DNA from: a virus
Lineage: Duplodnaviria; Caudoviricetes
IMG/VR virus record: IMGVR_UViG_3300035670_011014
Location: 814 to 64,813 of that record
Reading direction: 5' to 3' (one strand)
DNA: 64,000 nt
A program made the translations under genes and the position numbers. How positions within the stretch are numbered: position 1 is the first letter of the stretch; the number at the start of each line of letters is the position of its first letter. The notes below the pieces were generated by a model that saw only the letters and a list, made by a program, of their open reading frames with translations, ran no database searches and had not been told where the DNA came from. Positions 19,870 through 29,341 of this stretch are shown piece after piece.

Positions 19870-21633
19870 TTATTTTTTTCTTTGATTAATCATATTCAGG
19901 ATTTCTTCTACAATATCACCCTTACCTTCATTGTCACCCATTACGGTTTCGAATACGTTTTTCTTGGATTTTAAAATGTCATATATAATACCCTCAATTG
20001 TGTTTTCAAAAATCGGGTAGTACACCAAAACATTATTTTTTTGTCCGTATCGGTATGCTCTGTCCTCTGCTTGTGAATGATCGGATGGAACAAAAGATAA
20101 ATCGTTCATTATTACCACTTCACCCGCAGTTAATGTAATACCAACTCCCGCCGCTTTTATGTTACCAACAAAAACTTTGACATTATCGTCTTCTTGAAAT
20201 TTGTCTACCGAATATTGTCTTTCAGGTTTTCCCATTGATCCATCTAATTTGACTGCTTGTTTGCCAAAATGTTCTGCAATTTGATTTAGAGAATCTGTGA
20301 AGTTTGTAAAAATTATTACTTTTTTTCCTTGTTCTATAATGTTCTCCGCAAGTTCGCAAGTGTTTTTTACTTTAGATGATGCGATTTCTTGTCTGACTTT
20401 CATAAGTTTCGAAAACTGTAAAGTCAAAGAATTTGATTCTTCTTGTTTGTCGAACCAATCATAATATTCCCCCATCAACTCTTCATAGTTTTGGGATTTT
20501 AATCTAAGGTAGACAGGTGTTATGATTTTTTCAGGTAAATCCAATATGTCTTGTTTCAATCTCCTTAACACGTGTGTTTTGGTTCTGTCTCTTAATTCTT
20601 CTAAGTTAGAAGCTCCTGTGACATTCCAAATTCTTTTTTTACCTACCTTGAACTGATATCCCTCACAATATCTTCTGACGTACCCCATCCAATTTGCGGC
20701 TACAGGTGAATCAACTAAATCAAGTAAATTGAAATAATTAATCGGACGAGATGTCATCGGAGTTCCTGTAAGTAACCAAAGTTTCCCCAACTTTTTGGTT
20801 ATATCATTGATTAGCTTGGTTCGTTGGGCTTGTTTGTTTTGTATATAGTGAGCCTCATCAACAACAACAAGTTCAAAACCCGATTTAAGTATTATAGAAT
20901 TATTTTTGTCTTTTTCATCGTGGAAATTTTTTATGATGTCGTAATTCATAATAACAAAATCTGAATCTTCCCATTTTTTTCCTTCAATGATGGAAACACT
21001 TCTATCCGTATAATTTTCAATCTCTCGTTGCCAATTTATCTTCAAGGATGCAGGACAGATAATCAAAATCTTTTTTGCACCTGTTTCAAGAGCTGCAATA
21101 ATAGTGGATGTTGTTTTACCCAATCCCATGTCATCTGCTAATATGTATTTGTCATTTCCTACCAACTTTTCTATTGCCTCTTTTTGATGTGATAGAGGGG
21201 GACGATGTGAATACTTGGAGTAGTCAATTTCTACTTGACGTTCCTTGTTAATAATAATGGCAGACTTAGGCATCCAAAAATCCGACATCGTATCCCCACT
21301 CAGTATCTTCCCATAGATATGGTATGACTTTTCTTGCTCACATAGTAGCTTTTCAATATAAATCTCTTTGGGTTCTTTTGTCAACAATTTGTCTTCCATA
21401 ATTTTCCTTGAAAAATACGGATCGAGTTGAACCCACTTTTTTGCTACTTTTGGTACTGTTTGGTGATGGTTTAAAATATAATCTGCTTGTGAGCGTGTTA
21501 GTTTGAAACCTCTTTGGTTTTCTGATTTTTTCTTTATAGACAATATATAGTTATTGAACCCTTGATACGATTCAAGGATTCTCATTGCCTTAACTTCAGG
21601 AATGTTTACCGATATTTCTGAATTTTCTTCCAT
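19870..21633 (-). CDS. SNF2-family helicase/ATPase (SMARCAL1/HARP-like motifs)
   Basis: LADDMGLGKT, DEAH, LTGTP, QAEDRAYRYGQ. Confidence 0.9.
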   Translation of the reverse strand: MEENSEISVNIPEVKAMRILESYQGFNNYILSIKKKSENQRGFKLTRSQADYILNHHQTVPKVAKKWVQLDPYFSRKIMEDKLLTKEPKEIYIEKLLCEQEKSYHIYGKILSGDTMSDFWMPKSAIIINKERQVEIDYSKYSHRPPLSHQKEAIEKLVGNDKYILADDMGLGKTTSTIIAALETGAKKILIICPASLKINWQREIENYTDRSVSIIEGKKWEDSDFVIMNYDIIKNFHDEKDKNNSIILKSGFELVVVDEAHYIQNKQAQRTKLINDITKKLGKLWLLTGTPMTSRPINYFNLLDLVDSPVAANWMGYVRRYCEGYQFKVGKKRIWNVTGASNLEELRDRTKTHVLRRLKQDILDLPEKIITPVYLRLKSQNYEELMGEYYDWFDKQEESNSLTLQFSKLMKVRQEIASSKVKNTCELAENIIEQGKKVIIFTNFTDSLNQIAEHFGKQAVKLDGSMGKPERQYSVDKFQEDDNVKVFVGNIKAAGVGITLTAGEVVIMNDLSFVPSDHSQAEDRAYRYGQKNNVLVYYPIFENTIEGIIYDILKSKKNVFETVMGDNEGKGDIVEEILNMINQRKK

Positions 21634-21677
21634 TCACAATATTTTATAATATAATCAAAAACCAACTATTTATCAAT

Positions 21678-22193
21678 ATGAGTCAGAAAAAGGTACCAAT
21701 TACAAGGTTAGCTAAGTTTTTTGGACAAGAAGATTTCGCTTTGGACATCTCGATGGGTGAAGAATGGTTACACGGTGATATGAATTTCACATTGGTATTG
21801 TATCGTGTGGATGCTCAAAACACAAAGACAGATGATGTTTATGGTGAAGTGGTTTCTGACGGCATTAAGTTTTTTCCCCCTGTAGAATTCAAGGGTTACG
21901 TAAAAATAGAAGCACCTACAAATGATAAAATAGGTAACTCAGGTGTTGAGTATGAGTTTCCTGGAAATCTTTCGGTGTCTGTCTACAAAAAACATTTGGA
22001 TGAGTTGAATATTGACATAGCCTACGGTGACTACATCGGTTACTATGAAAGTGAAAGTAGAGTCAGATACTACATGGTAGTTGATGACGGGCGTGTCACT
22101 TCTGACAATAAACACACATATGGTGGTTACAAACCTTTTTACAGGACAATTTTAGCCACTTATGTACCTGAAAGTGAATTTAGAGCATTATAA
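21678..22193 (+). CDS. Putative neck/head-closure protein (gp14-like)
   Basis: LYRVD...DDVYGE...PVEF pattern; lies immediately before the tail terminator-like and sheath genes. Confidence 0.45.
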   Translation: MSQKKVPITRLAKFFGQEDFALDISMGEEWLHGDMNFTLVLYRVDAQNTKTDDVYGEVVSDGIKFFPPVEFKGYVKIEAPTNDKIGNSGVEYEFPGNLSVSVYKKHLDELNIDIAYGDYIGYYESESRVRYYMVVDDGRVTSDNKHTYGGYKPFYRTILATYVPESEFRAL

Positions 22194-23233
22194 TGGCACT
22201 ACCAAAAAAACTTGTAAAAAAGATTGACTTGATACCTCAGAAAACGGGCGTAGCAAGGAGGGAGCAAATGCTTGAATATATCAAAGAACATGGGACATAT
22301 CTCCCTAAAAGTCTTCTACACGCCGAATTGGATAGGGGAATGTTGGATTTCGTCAAGGAGGATTTGAAAACGGTAGTCGATGGTAAAGTAATTCCTGCTA
22401 TCGATATTATTATAACGCTTCAGAATTGGAGTTTGTTTACAGAAACTTGGAAGTTTCAGGATTTAGATAAAAATGCAACCCCTCCTTTTATAACCACTGT
22501 TCGTCAACCTGAAGTAAAACCTGGTACAAATCCATCAGTAAAATATAACATTCCCGATAGAAGGGAGTTTTTCTATGCCAGAGTCCCAACATGGGATGGT
22601 ACCCGTAAAGGTTTGGACATATATAAAATTCCTCAGCCCGTTCCCGTTGACATTACATATAATGTGAAAATTATGTGTAAGAGAATGAGAGAACTCAACC
22701 AATTCAATAAAATTGTTTTACAAAAATTTGCGTCTCGTCAGGCTTATCGAGTCATCAATGGACACTATGTACCAATTATTCTAAACAATATTTCTGACGA
22801 AAGTGTTATGGAAATGGACAAACAAAAATATTACTTACAAAACTATGAGTTTGTAATGTTAGGATTTTTAGTTGATGAAGAAGAGTTTGAAGTAACTCCT
22901 GGTATTACACGTTCATTTTTGATGATAGAATCTCAGAATCGTACACGCTCGCGTAGAGTTAAAAAGTTACCTACATCACCCAAAAACTTTCCGTTGGCGT
23001 ATGGAGTGAATTCTTCCGATACGGAGGTAACCGTTTCGATGCCTTACACCGTGGACTTTACTGTCGACACCAATGTCAATGTAGATAGCTACTCTGTTTA
23101 TATAAACGGTGATTACATTGGAGATGATGTTGCGGTAATCCAACTAACAACAAATGATATTCTAAAAATTGAATTCACCAAAGTGAATGCGGGGCAAGTC
23201 GCCTCTATTTCAGGTTCTGCAACCCTTCAGTAA
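22193..23233 (+). CDS. Putative tail terminator/sheath stabiliser (gp15-like)
   Basis: PQPVPVDITYNVKI...ELNQ pattern; upstream of the sheath gene. Confidence 0.5.
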   Translation: MALPKKLVKKIDLIPQKTGVARREQMLEYIKEHGTYLPKSLLHAELDRGMLDFVKEDLKTVVDGKVIPAIDIIITLQNWSLFTETWKFQDLDKNATPPFITTVRQPEVKPGTNPSVKYNIPDRREFFYARVPTWDGTRKGLDIYKIPQPVPVDITYNVKIMCKRMRELNQFNKIVLQKFASRQAYRVINGHYVPIILNNISDESVMEMDKQKYYLQNYEFVMLGFLVDEEEFEVTPGITRSFLMIESQNRTRSRRVKKLPTSPKNFPLAYGVNSSDTEVTVSMPYTVDFTVDTNVNVDSYSVYINGDYIGDDVAVIQLTTNDILKIEFTKVNAGQVASISGSATLQ

Positions 23234-23379
23234 GATTCACCATAAATATCTTTTTTTGGTTGACATCGTTCTTCAATCATAGTCTCCACAAACTTATACA
23301 TTTTTAAACCATTATCTTCACAATGTTTTTTCAACATATTGTGGTGTTTCTCTGATATTTTTAAATTCTTTATTTTCAT
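23227..23379 (-). CDS. Small ribbon-helix-helix-like protein (50 aa; not in ORF track)
   Basis: Manual translation MKIKNLKISEKHHNMLKKHCEDNGLKMYKFVETMIEERCQPKKDIYGESY*; strand-helix-G-helix pattern; fills the gap between the gp15-like and sheath genes. Confidence 0.6.
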   Translation of the reverse strand: MKIKNLKISEKHHNMLKKHCEDNGLKMYKFVETMIEERCQPKKDIYGESY

Positions 23380-23513
23380 TATTGGTGTCAAAAATAAGGT
23401 AGAAAAAAGGCAGACTTTTTTCCCACCAATAAATAAATATCCTTTTTACGTAAAGTTTTTTTGAAATTAATTGGATATTTATGATTAAATAAAATTTTTC
23501 ATTAAAAATAATA

Positions 23514-26500
23514 ATGGCAACATCAAATAAAATTTTTGTATCCCCTGGTGTCTATACTTCGGAAAGAGACTTGAGTTTCGTGGCTCAAAGTGTGGGGGTA
23601 ACTACTTTAGGTATTGTAGGTGAAACTATCACAGGTCCGGCTTTCGAACCTATTTTCATCACTAACTTCGATGAGTTCCAAGCGTACTTCGGTCCAACTT
23701 CACCCGAGAAATTCGTTGGTACTCAAATCCCTAAATATGAAGCGGCTTACATTGCAAAGTCTTATTTGCAACAATCCAATCAACTTTTTGTAACCCGTGT
23801 ACTGGGACTTTCGGGATATGACGCAGGTCCCTCTTGGACTATATCAACAATTGCTAATTTGAACTCTACTACAGTTTTTCCTTCGGGTGGAACTGGAAGT
23901 TATGTTTGGACAGCAGCATTTACAGGGACAAGTGCGTCGACAAGCTCGATTGAAATTTTAAATGACGGTGCCACTACTTTTGGTTTACCTTCAGATATCA
24001 ACAACATCTATACTTTACCTTACACTCAAAACACAGGTGCAGAGACAACACTAAGTGCAAACATGAACACACAATTGTTTGCAATATTAAACAATAACTC
24101 CTTACAAACAAGTTCGGTATATGTTTATGGTGCGGTTCCTCAGGTTAACTTCAATGACTTAAATTCGAGTTTTAGTTTAACAAACGTATTCAACGTTCAA
24201 AGTATGGATTTCGCCGCCATTACGAAAAATTCTTACTTGAATGATGCTTGGTACTACGCGTTATTCACAACAACTCCAGTTCTTAACGGATATTCTGGTT
24301 TCTCTTATTATGCTAAAGTTTCCGCTCTTAACTATAATTCAGGTTCAGACTCATTCTCAGGTACAGTATCAGGTATGGTTTATAACTACTCAGGAACATC
24401 TTGGACAGAGTATGACAATATGGTTGTAGGGACTTTGAGATCTAGGGGTTTAAGTACTTACACATCTTCCAATGCAGGTCCACTGTACCAACTAACGGGA
24501 GTTACTCAACTTCAAATCGATTCTTCAGGTACTTACTCAGCAATGACTGAAGATCCATACGCAACTTTCGCAATTTCAGGTAACACAATCGAAGGTGATA
24601 CGTTTAGTTTTGAGACATCATTCAATGATGGTTCTACAAATTACATTTCGAAAGTATTTGGTACAACTAATTTCGGTAAAGATAGAACGGAGGTTCCTGT
24701 ATTTTTAGAGGAAAGATTCCAAAACTTGTTAAACTGGTCATACGCGAAAGGTTATATTCGTGGTTTGAATACCACCTTTACAAGTCTTCCGTCGGCTAGA
24801 GAGGACAACGGTACAAATACTTCTATTGGTTGGTACTTGGAGGAATATCAAACTCCGGCAACCCCATACTTAGTTTCAGAATTACGCGGTAATACCGTTT
24901 ATAGATTGTTTAGATTTATTACGGTTTCTGATGGTAACTCAGCGAACAGAGAAGTGAAGGTTTCGATTGCAAATATTTCGTTCGCTAACAACACCTTTGA
25001 TGTTGGTGTCCGTGATTTCTTTGACACAGATGAGAATCCTGTATTCTTAGAAAGATATACTAACTGTTCGATGGATCCTACTCAGAACAATTTCATCGCT
25101 AAGAAGATTGGTACTTCAGATGGAGAATATGAGTTGAGAAGTAGATTTGTAATGGTAGAAATGAATGCTGATGCACCAGTCGACGCACTACCTTGTGGTT
25201 TTGAAGGATACACTTTCCGTGAGTACGGAGGTAGTGGTTCGGATATACAACCACCTTTCGCAATCTACAAAACGAAATATAATACCCCAGGTGAAGTGAT
25301 TTTCACACCACCATTTAGTCTTTCATCAGGTGCAGATAACTTGACAAGAAGTTCAGGTGACAAAGTTAGAAAGACATACTTAGGTTTTTCTTCTCAGATA
25401 GGTATTGACGCTAACTTCTTTGATTACAAAGGAAAACAAAACCCAAGTAATTTAGGTTTGGCTACCAATTCAACTGAGTGGAACTATATGACAAAAGGAT
25501 TCCACATGGATTCAGGGGCTACTATTGTGGCAATCTCAGGTGGTTTTGTGACTTCAGGACAGTCAGCTTTCGAATGTGGTATTACTTCATTCCAGTCTGA
25601 ACCAACTAACCCCGCTAACCCTTACTACACACTAGCGGCTCGTAAGTTCACTATTATACCAAAAGGAGGTTTTGATGGATGGGATATCTATAGAGAGTAC
25701 CGTACTAATGGTGATATCTACTCTTTAGGTAATACAGGTTATCTTTACGGAGCGTCTGATGAAAACCCTAATTACCCACTTTCTACAGGTTGGGGGGCTT
25801 TCAAACAAATCACTAAAGGTGATGATACTGAGTTAGCGAATACTGACTATTACGCATATCTTTTGGGACAGGAAACTTTCGCAAATCCTGAAGCTGTTAA
25901 CATTAACGTATTTGTAACACCAGGTATTGACTATGTGAACAACAGTAATCTTGTTGAAAATGCAATTGATTTGGTTGAAACTGACAGAGCAGACTCTATC
26001 TATATCTGTACAACTCCTGACACGAACATGTTCTTAAACTATTCTGACAGCTCAACGTTGATTTTCCCTCAAGAGGCTGTTGATAATTTAGAAGAAACAG
26101 GTATTGATTCAAACTATACCGCAACTTACTACCCTTGGATTCTTACAAGAGATACTGTAAATAACACTCAAATCTATTTACCTGTGACTGGTGAAGTAAC
26201 AAGGAACTTAGCGTTAACCGACAACATCGCATTCCCTTGGTTTGCTGCCGCTGGTTACACAAGAGGTTTGGTTCAAGCGGTTAAAGCTCGTAAGAAATTG
26301 ACTCAAGAGGATAGAGATACTTTGTATCAAGGTAGGATCAATCCTATCGCAACCTTCTCTGATGTTGGTACAGTAATTTGGGGTAATAAAACTCTACAAA
26401 TCAGAGAGTCGGCTCTTGACAGAATTAACGTTAGAAGACTTCTTCTACAGGCTCGTAAACTTATTTCGGCGGTAGCGGTTAGATTGTTGTTTGAACAAAA

Positions 26501-26729
26501 CGACGACAAGGTTAGACAACAATTCTTGGATTCTGTCAACCCTATATTGGATTCTATCAGAAGAGACAGGGGTCTGTATGACTTCAGAGTGACAGTAAGT
26601 TCTTCGCCAGAAGACTTGGATAGAAATACACTGACAGGTAAAATTTACCTTAAACCTACGAGAGCTCTTGAATTTATTGATATTGAATTCTTGATTACTC
26701 CAACAGGTGCATCATTTGAAAATATCTAA
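23514..26729 (+). CDS. Contractile tail sheath protein (enlarged, 1071 aa)
   Basis: SPGVYTSERD N-terminus; PWFAAAGYTRG, LYQGRINPI, WGNKTLQ, RINVRRLL, FEQND, IYLKPTRALEFIDIEF. Confidence 0.95.
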   Translation: MATSNKIFVSPGVYTSERDLSFVAQSVGVTTLGIVGETITGPAFEPIFITNFDEFQAYFGPTSPEKFVGTQIPKYEAAYIAKSYLQQSNQLFVTRVLGLSGYDAGPSWTISTIANLNSTTVFPSGGTGSYVWTAAFTGTSASTSSIEILNDGATTFGLPSDINNIYTLPYTQNTGAETTLSANMNTQLFAILNNNSLQTSSVYVYGAVPQVNFNDLNSSFSLTNVFNVQSMDFAAITKNSYLNDAWYYALFTTTPVLNGYSGFSYYAKVSALNYNSGSDSFSGTVSGMVYNYSGTSWTEYDNMVVGTLRSRGLSTYTSSNAGPLYQLTGVTQLQIDSSGTYSAMTEDPYATFAISGNTIEGDTFSFETSFNDGSTNYISKVFGTTNFGKDRTEVPVFLEERFQNLLNWSYAKGYIRGLNTTFTSLPSAREDNGTNTSIGWYLEEYQTPATPYLVSELRGNTVYRLFRFITVSDGNSANREVKVSIANISFANNTFDVGVRDFFDTDENPVFLERYTNCSMDPTQNNFIAKKIGTSDGEYELRSRFVMVEMNADAPVDALPCGFEGYTFREYGGSGSDIQPPFAIYKTKYNTPGEVIFTPPFSLSSGADNLTRSSGDKVRKTYLGFSSQIGIDANFFDYKGKQNPSNLGLATNSTEWNYMTKGFHMDSGATIVAISGGFVTSGQSAFECGITSFQSEPTNPANPYYTLAARKFTIIPKGGFDGWDIYREYRTNGDIYSLGNTGYLYGASDENPNYPLSTGWGAFKQITKGDDTELANTDYYAYLLGQETFANPEAVNINVFVTPGIDYVNNSNLVENAIDLVETDRADSIYICTTPDTNMFLNYSDSSTLIFPQEAVDNLEETGIDSNYTATYYPWILTRDTVNNTQIYLPVTGEVTRNLALTDNIAFPWFAAAGYTRGLVQAVKARKKLTQEDRDTLYQGRINPIATFSDVGTVIWGNKTLQIRESALDRINVRRLLLQARKLISAVAVRLLFEQNDDKVRQQFLDSVNPILDSIRRDRGLYDFRVTVSSSPEDLDRNTLTGKIYLKPTRALEFIDIEFLITPTGASFENI

Positions 26730-26738
26730 TAAACTTAT

Positions 26739-26763
26739 GGGGTGAGGGAAACCTCACCCCTTT
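26739..26763 (+). terminator. Hairpin/intrinsic terminator after sheath gene
   Basis: GGGGTGAGG-GAAA-CCTCACCCC then TTT: 9-bp perfect stem, GNRA loop, short U tract. Confidence 0.65.
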
Positions 26764-26775
26764 AATATAAAAATT

Positions 26776-26919
26776 ATGGAATTTAAAAAGAAAATTTTGA
26801 GAGAGAGTTTGGCAATGAAAGAAAATGGTGTAAATACGTTTTCTGAAAAACCACAAAGTATTGTTATGAGCGAGTCTCAATTAGAAAGACTTATAGAAAA
26901 TATTCAAAACAAAAAATGA
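26776..26919 (+). CDS. Small hypothetical protein (47 aa; not in ORF track)
   Basis: MEFKKKILRESLAMKENGVNTFSEKPQSIVMSESQLERLIENIQNKK*; its TGA overlaps the next ATG (ATGA). Confidence 0.6.
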   Translation: MEFKKKILRESLAMKENGVNTFSEKPQSIVMSESQLERLIENIQNKK

Positions 26920-27770
26920 TAGTAAAAAAAATTTTACGTGAATACGTAAAAACAAAGAAACTAGTTAATGAAGGTATTTCTGTCGAGGGTACACCCGATA
27001 TGAAATACTATGCCTTTGATTGGGACGATAACATCGTTACAATGCCAACCCAAATAATTGTTTCCGACGAGAATGCAGAAGAAGTTGGAATTTCAACCGA
27101 AGATTTTGCTAAGTATCGTGAGATGATTGGGAAGACTCCTTTTGATTATAAGGGACGAAAAATTGTAGGATACGCTTCCGATCCTTACCGTAACTTCACA
27201 AAGATGGGTGACAAACAATTTTTAGTGGATGCAATGATTGCAGAACCTGGACCTTCGTGGGATGACTTCGTGGAATGTATCAATGGTGGTTCTATATTTG
27301 CAATTATCACCGCACGAGGACACAATCCAAAGATACTCAAAGACGCTGTGTTTGCATTTATTGTAACCAACCACAATGGTATTAATCAAGATGAGTGTGT
27401 GTCCAACCTGAAACGATTCCGTAAACTTGCAGGAGATACCATGAAATCTGAAAAACAAATAATAAATGATTATCTGAATATGTGTCAATTCTCACCCGTC
27501 ACATATGGTGAGGGTAGTGCGTCAAACCCTGAAGAAGGAAAAATCAAAGCTTTAAGAAAATTTATTACTGACGTAAAAAATATGGCAGAAGAAATCGGTA
27601 AAAAGGCTTATTTCAAAAATGATGTTAGTAATAGATTTGTACCGGAAATAGGATTTTCAGATGATGATCCAAGAAATATAGAAAAAATAAAGCAATTTAT
27701 AGATTCTGAATATGAAGATAAACCAGTTAGAACTTATTTAACTAAAGGCGGAGAAAAAAAAGAAGTATAA
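26916..27770 (+). CDS. HAD-superfamily phosphatase-like protein
   Basis: Motif I FDWDDNI, motif II ITARG, motif III Lys (EEGK), motif IV GFSDDD. Confidence 0.7.
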   Translation: MIVKKILREYVKTKKLVNEGISVEGTPDMKYYAFDWDDNIVTMPTQIIVSDENAEEVGISTEDFAKYREMIGKTPFDYKGRKIVGYASDPYRNFTKMGDKQFLVDAMIAEPGPSWDDFVECINGGSIFAIITARGHNPKILKDAVFAFIVTNHNGINQDECVSNLKRFRKLAGDTMKSEKQIINDYLNMCQFSPVTYGEGSASNPEEGKIKALRKFITDVKNMAEEIGKKAYFKNDVSNRFVPEIGFSDDDPRNIEKIKQFIDSEYEDKPVRTYLTKGGEKKEV

Positions 27771-27875
27771 ACTACATGCAATGATTAGGTTTTACTGAAT
27801 TAAAAGTAAAGTAAAAAAAATTTTAACGTGTATTTATATTAAAAATAAAACAAGAAAAACAAAAACAAGTAAACC

Positions 27876-28364
27876 ATGGCAGACTTATTAATGAAAATGC
27901 CTTTTCAGTATGAACCAAAAAGAAAGAATAGATTTATTCTAACTTTTCCGTCATCGTTGGGCATCAACTCTTGGTATGTAGAATCTACAAGCCGTCCTAA
28001 CTGGAGTAATACTCCTGTTGAAATTCCTTTCTTGAATACATCAACATACGTGGCTGGTAGATTCGTTTGGAACACAATTAACGTAACATTCAGAGATCCA
28101 ATCGGTCCATCAGCAGCTCAAGCTTTGATGGAGTGGGTGAGATTACACGCTGAATCAGTAACCGGAAGAATGGGTTACGCTGCGGGTTACAAGAAAGATA
28201 TCGACTTAGAACTTTTAGATCCTACAGGTGTTGCGGTAGAAAAATGGATTTTACAGGGAACCTTCTTAACGGACGTGAACTTCGATAGTTTGGGTTATAG
28301 TGACGACGCACTTGCAACAATCACAGCGACTCTTCGTCCTGATAGATGTATTTTGGTTTACTAA
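27876..28364 (+). CDS. Tail tube protein (T4 gp19-like)
   Basis: EPKRKNRF...RP...YVAGR..WNTINVTFRD...LMEW...YKKDI.L..LDPTG..VEKW.L.G.F; 162 aa; follows the sheath. Confidence 0.9.
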   Translation: MADLLMKMPFQYEPKRKNRFILTFPSSLGINSWYVESTSRPNWSNTPVEIPFLNTSTYVAGRFVWNTINVTFRDPIGPSAAQALMEWVRLHAESVTGRMGYAAGYKKDIDLELLDPTGVAVEKWILQGTFLTDVNFDSLGYSDDALATITATLRPDRCILVY

Positions 28365-28396
28365 TAATTTACAAAAATTTTCTTGACTTTATATTT

Positions 28397-28426
28397 AACC
28401 ATAGGGGAAACTCTATGGTTTTTTTA
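28397..28426 (+). terminator. Intrinsic terminator after tail tube gene
   Basis: AACCATAGGG-GAAA-CTCTATGGTT (one G-U pair) followed by a T run. Confidence 0.7.
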
Positions 28427-28428
28427 TT

Positions 28429-29181
28429 ATGGAAAATACAACACACTACGGACAAATGGATTTTAACTTACCACATGATGTGGTACCACTTCCCTCGAAG
28501 GGAATTTTTTACAAAAACAAAAAACAAGCACTCAAGATTGGTTACTTGACGGCTCAAGACGAAAACATTTTACTATCATCAACAATACGTACACAAGGTG
28601 TGGTAAAGACACTGTTGAAAAACAAAATATACGAACCTGATATGATGGTTGACGAATTGTTGGAATGTGACATTCAGGCTATACTGATTTTCCTGAGAAA
28701 CACTTCATTCGGTTCTGACTATATTTTCAAACTTAAAGACCCTCAAACTGGCAGAGAATTTGAAAAAACTATCCTTCTTGAAGAATTGAATATCATACCT
28801 CCTAAGTATCAACCAAACCCTGAAGGATTGTTCGAGTTTATTACCCCAAGAGCAGGACACAAGGTATTGATGAGACTTATGAACATGTCGGACTTAGAAA
28901 CTTTAGATAAGTTAAGTGAAGGATACCCTGAAGGGATGACAGTACCAATTGTTACAAAAAGACTCGAAATGCAAATAGTCGAAATGGATGGATCAAGGGA
29001 CAAAGAAAAAATTTCCATGCAGATACAAAACATGCCAATTGTGGACTCAAAGTATTTAAGAGCCGAAGTACAACTGTGTGAACCTAAATTGGATCTCAAA
29101 AGGATCGTTACAGCCCCGTCAGGAGAAAAGGTAGATGTGAACATCGCCTTCGGGGCTGAATTTTTTCGTCCTTTCTTCTGA
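28429..29181 (+). CDS. Tail/baseplate hub assembly chaperone (gp26-like)
   Basis: VPLPSKG.FY...YLTAQDENIL...D..AILIFLRNTSFG; lies between the tube and tape measure genes; ends FFRPFF*. Confidence 0.65.
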   Translation: MENTTHYGQMDFNLPHDVVPLPSKGIFYKNKKQALKIGYLTAQDENILLSSTIRTQGVVKTLLKNKIYEPDMMVDELLECDIQAILIFLRNTSFGSDYIFKLKDPQTGREFEKTILLEELNIIPPKYQPNPEGLFEFITPRAGHKVLMRLMNMSDLETLDKLSEGYPEGMTVPIVTKRLEMQIVEMDGSRDKEKISMQIQNMPIVDSKYLRAEVQLCEPKLDLKRIVTAPSGEKVDVNIAFGAEFFRPFF

Positions 29182-29197
29182 TTATAAGAAAAATTTG

Positions 29198-29323
29198 ATG
29201 GACGAATTTTACTATTTGTCCAAGTATGTACATCTGTCTTATCAAGATTTATTAAAATTACCAACATTTGAGAGAAAATACTTCATCAATAAATTGATTG
29301 AAGATATGACACCAAAAGATTAA
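29198..29323 (+). CDS. Small gp51-like/gpT-like ORF, possibly expressed by +1 frameshift from the upstream chaperone (not in ORF track)
   Basis: MDEFYYLSKYVHLSYQDLLKLPTFERKYFINKLIEDMTPKD*; this frame is open from 29141 and overlaps the chaperone 3' end. Confidence 0.65.
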   Translation: MDEFYYLSKYVHLSYQDLLKLPTFERKYFINKLIEDMTPKD

Positions 29324-29341
29324 TTTAGGTATTTATAGTCT

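Noticed and set aside
28809-29267. 152-aa antisense ORF across the chaperone/frameshift region
   Set aside because: It is antisense to a well-supported tail gene and has no recognisable motif.
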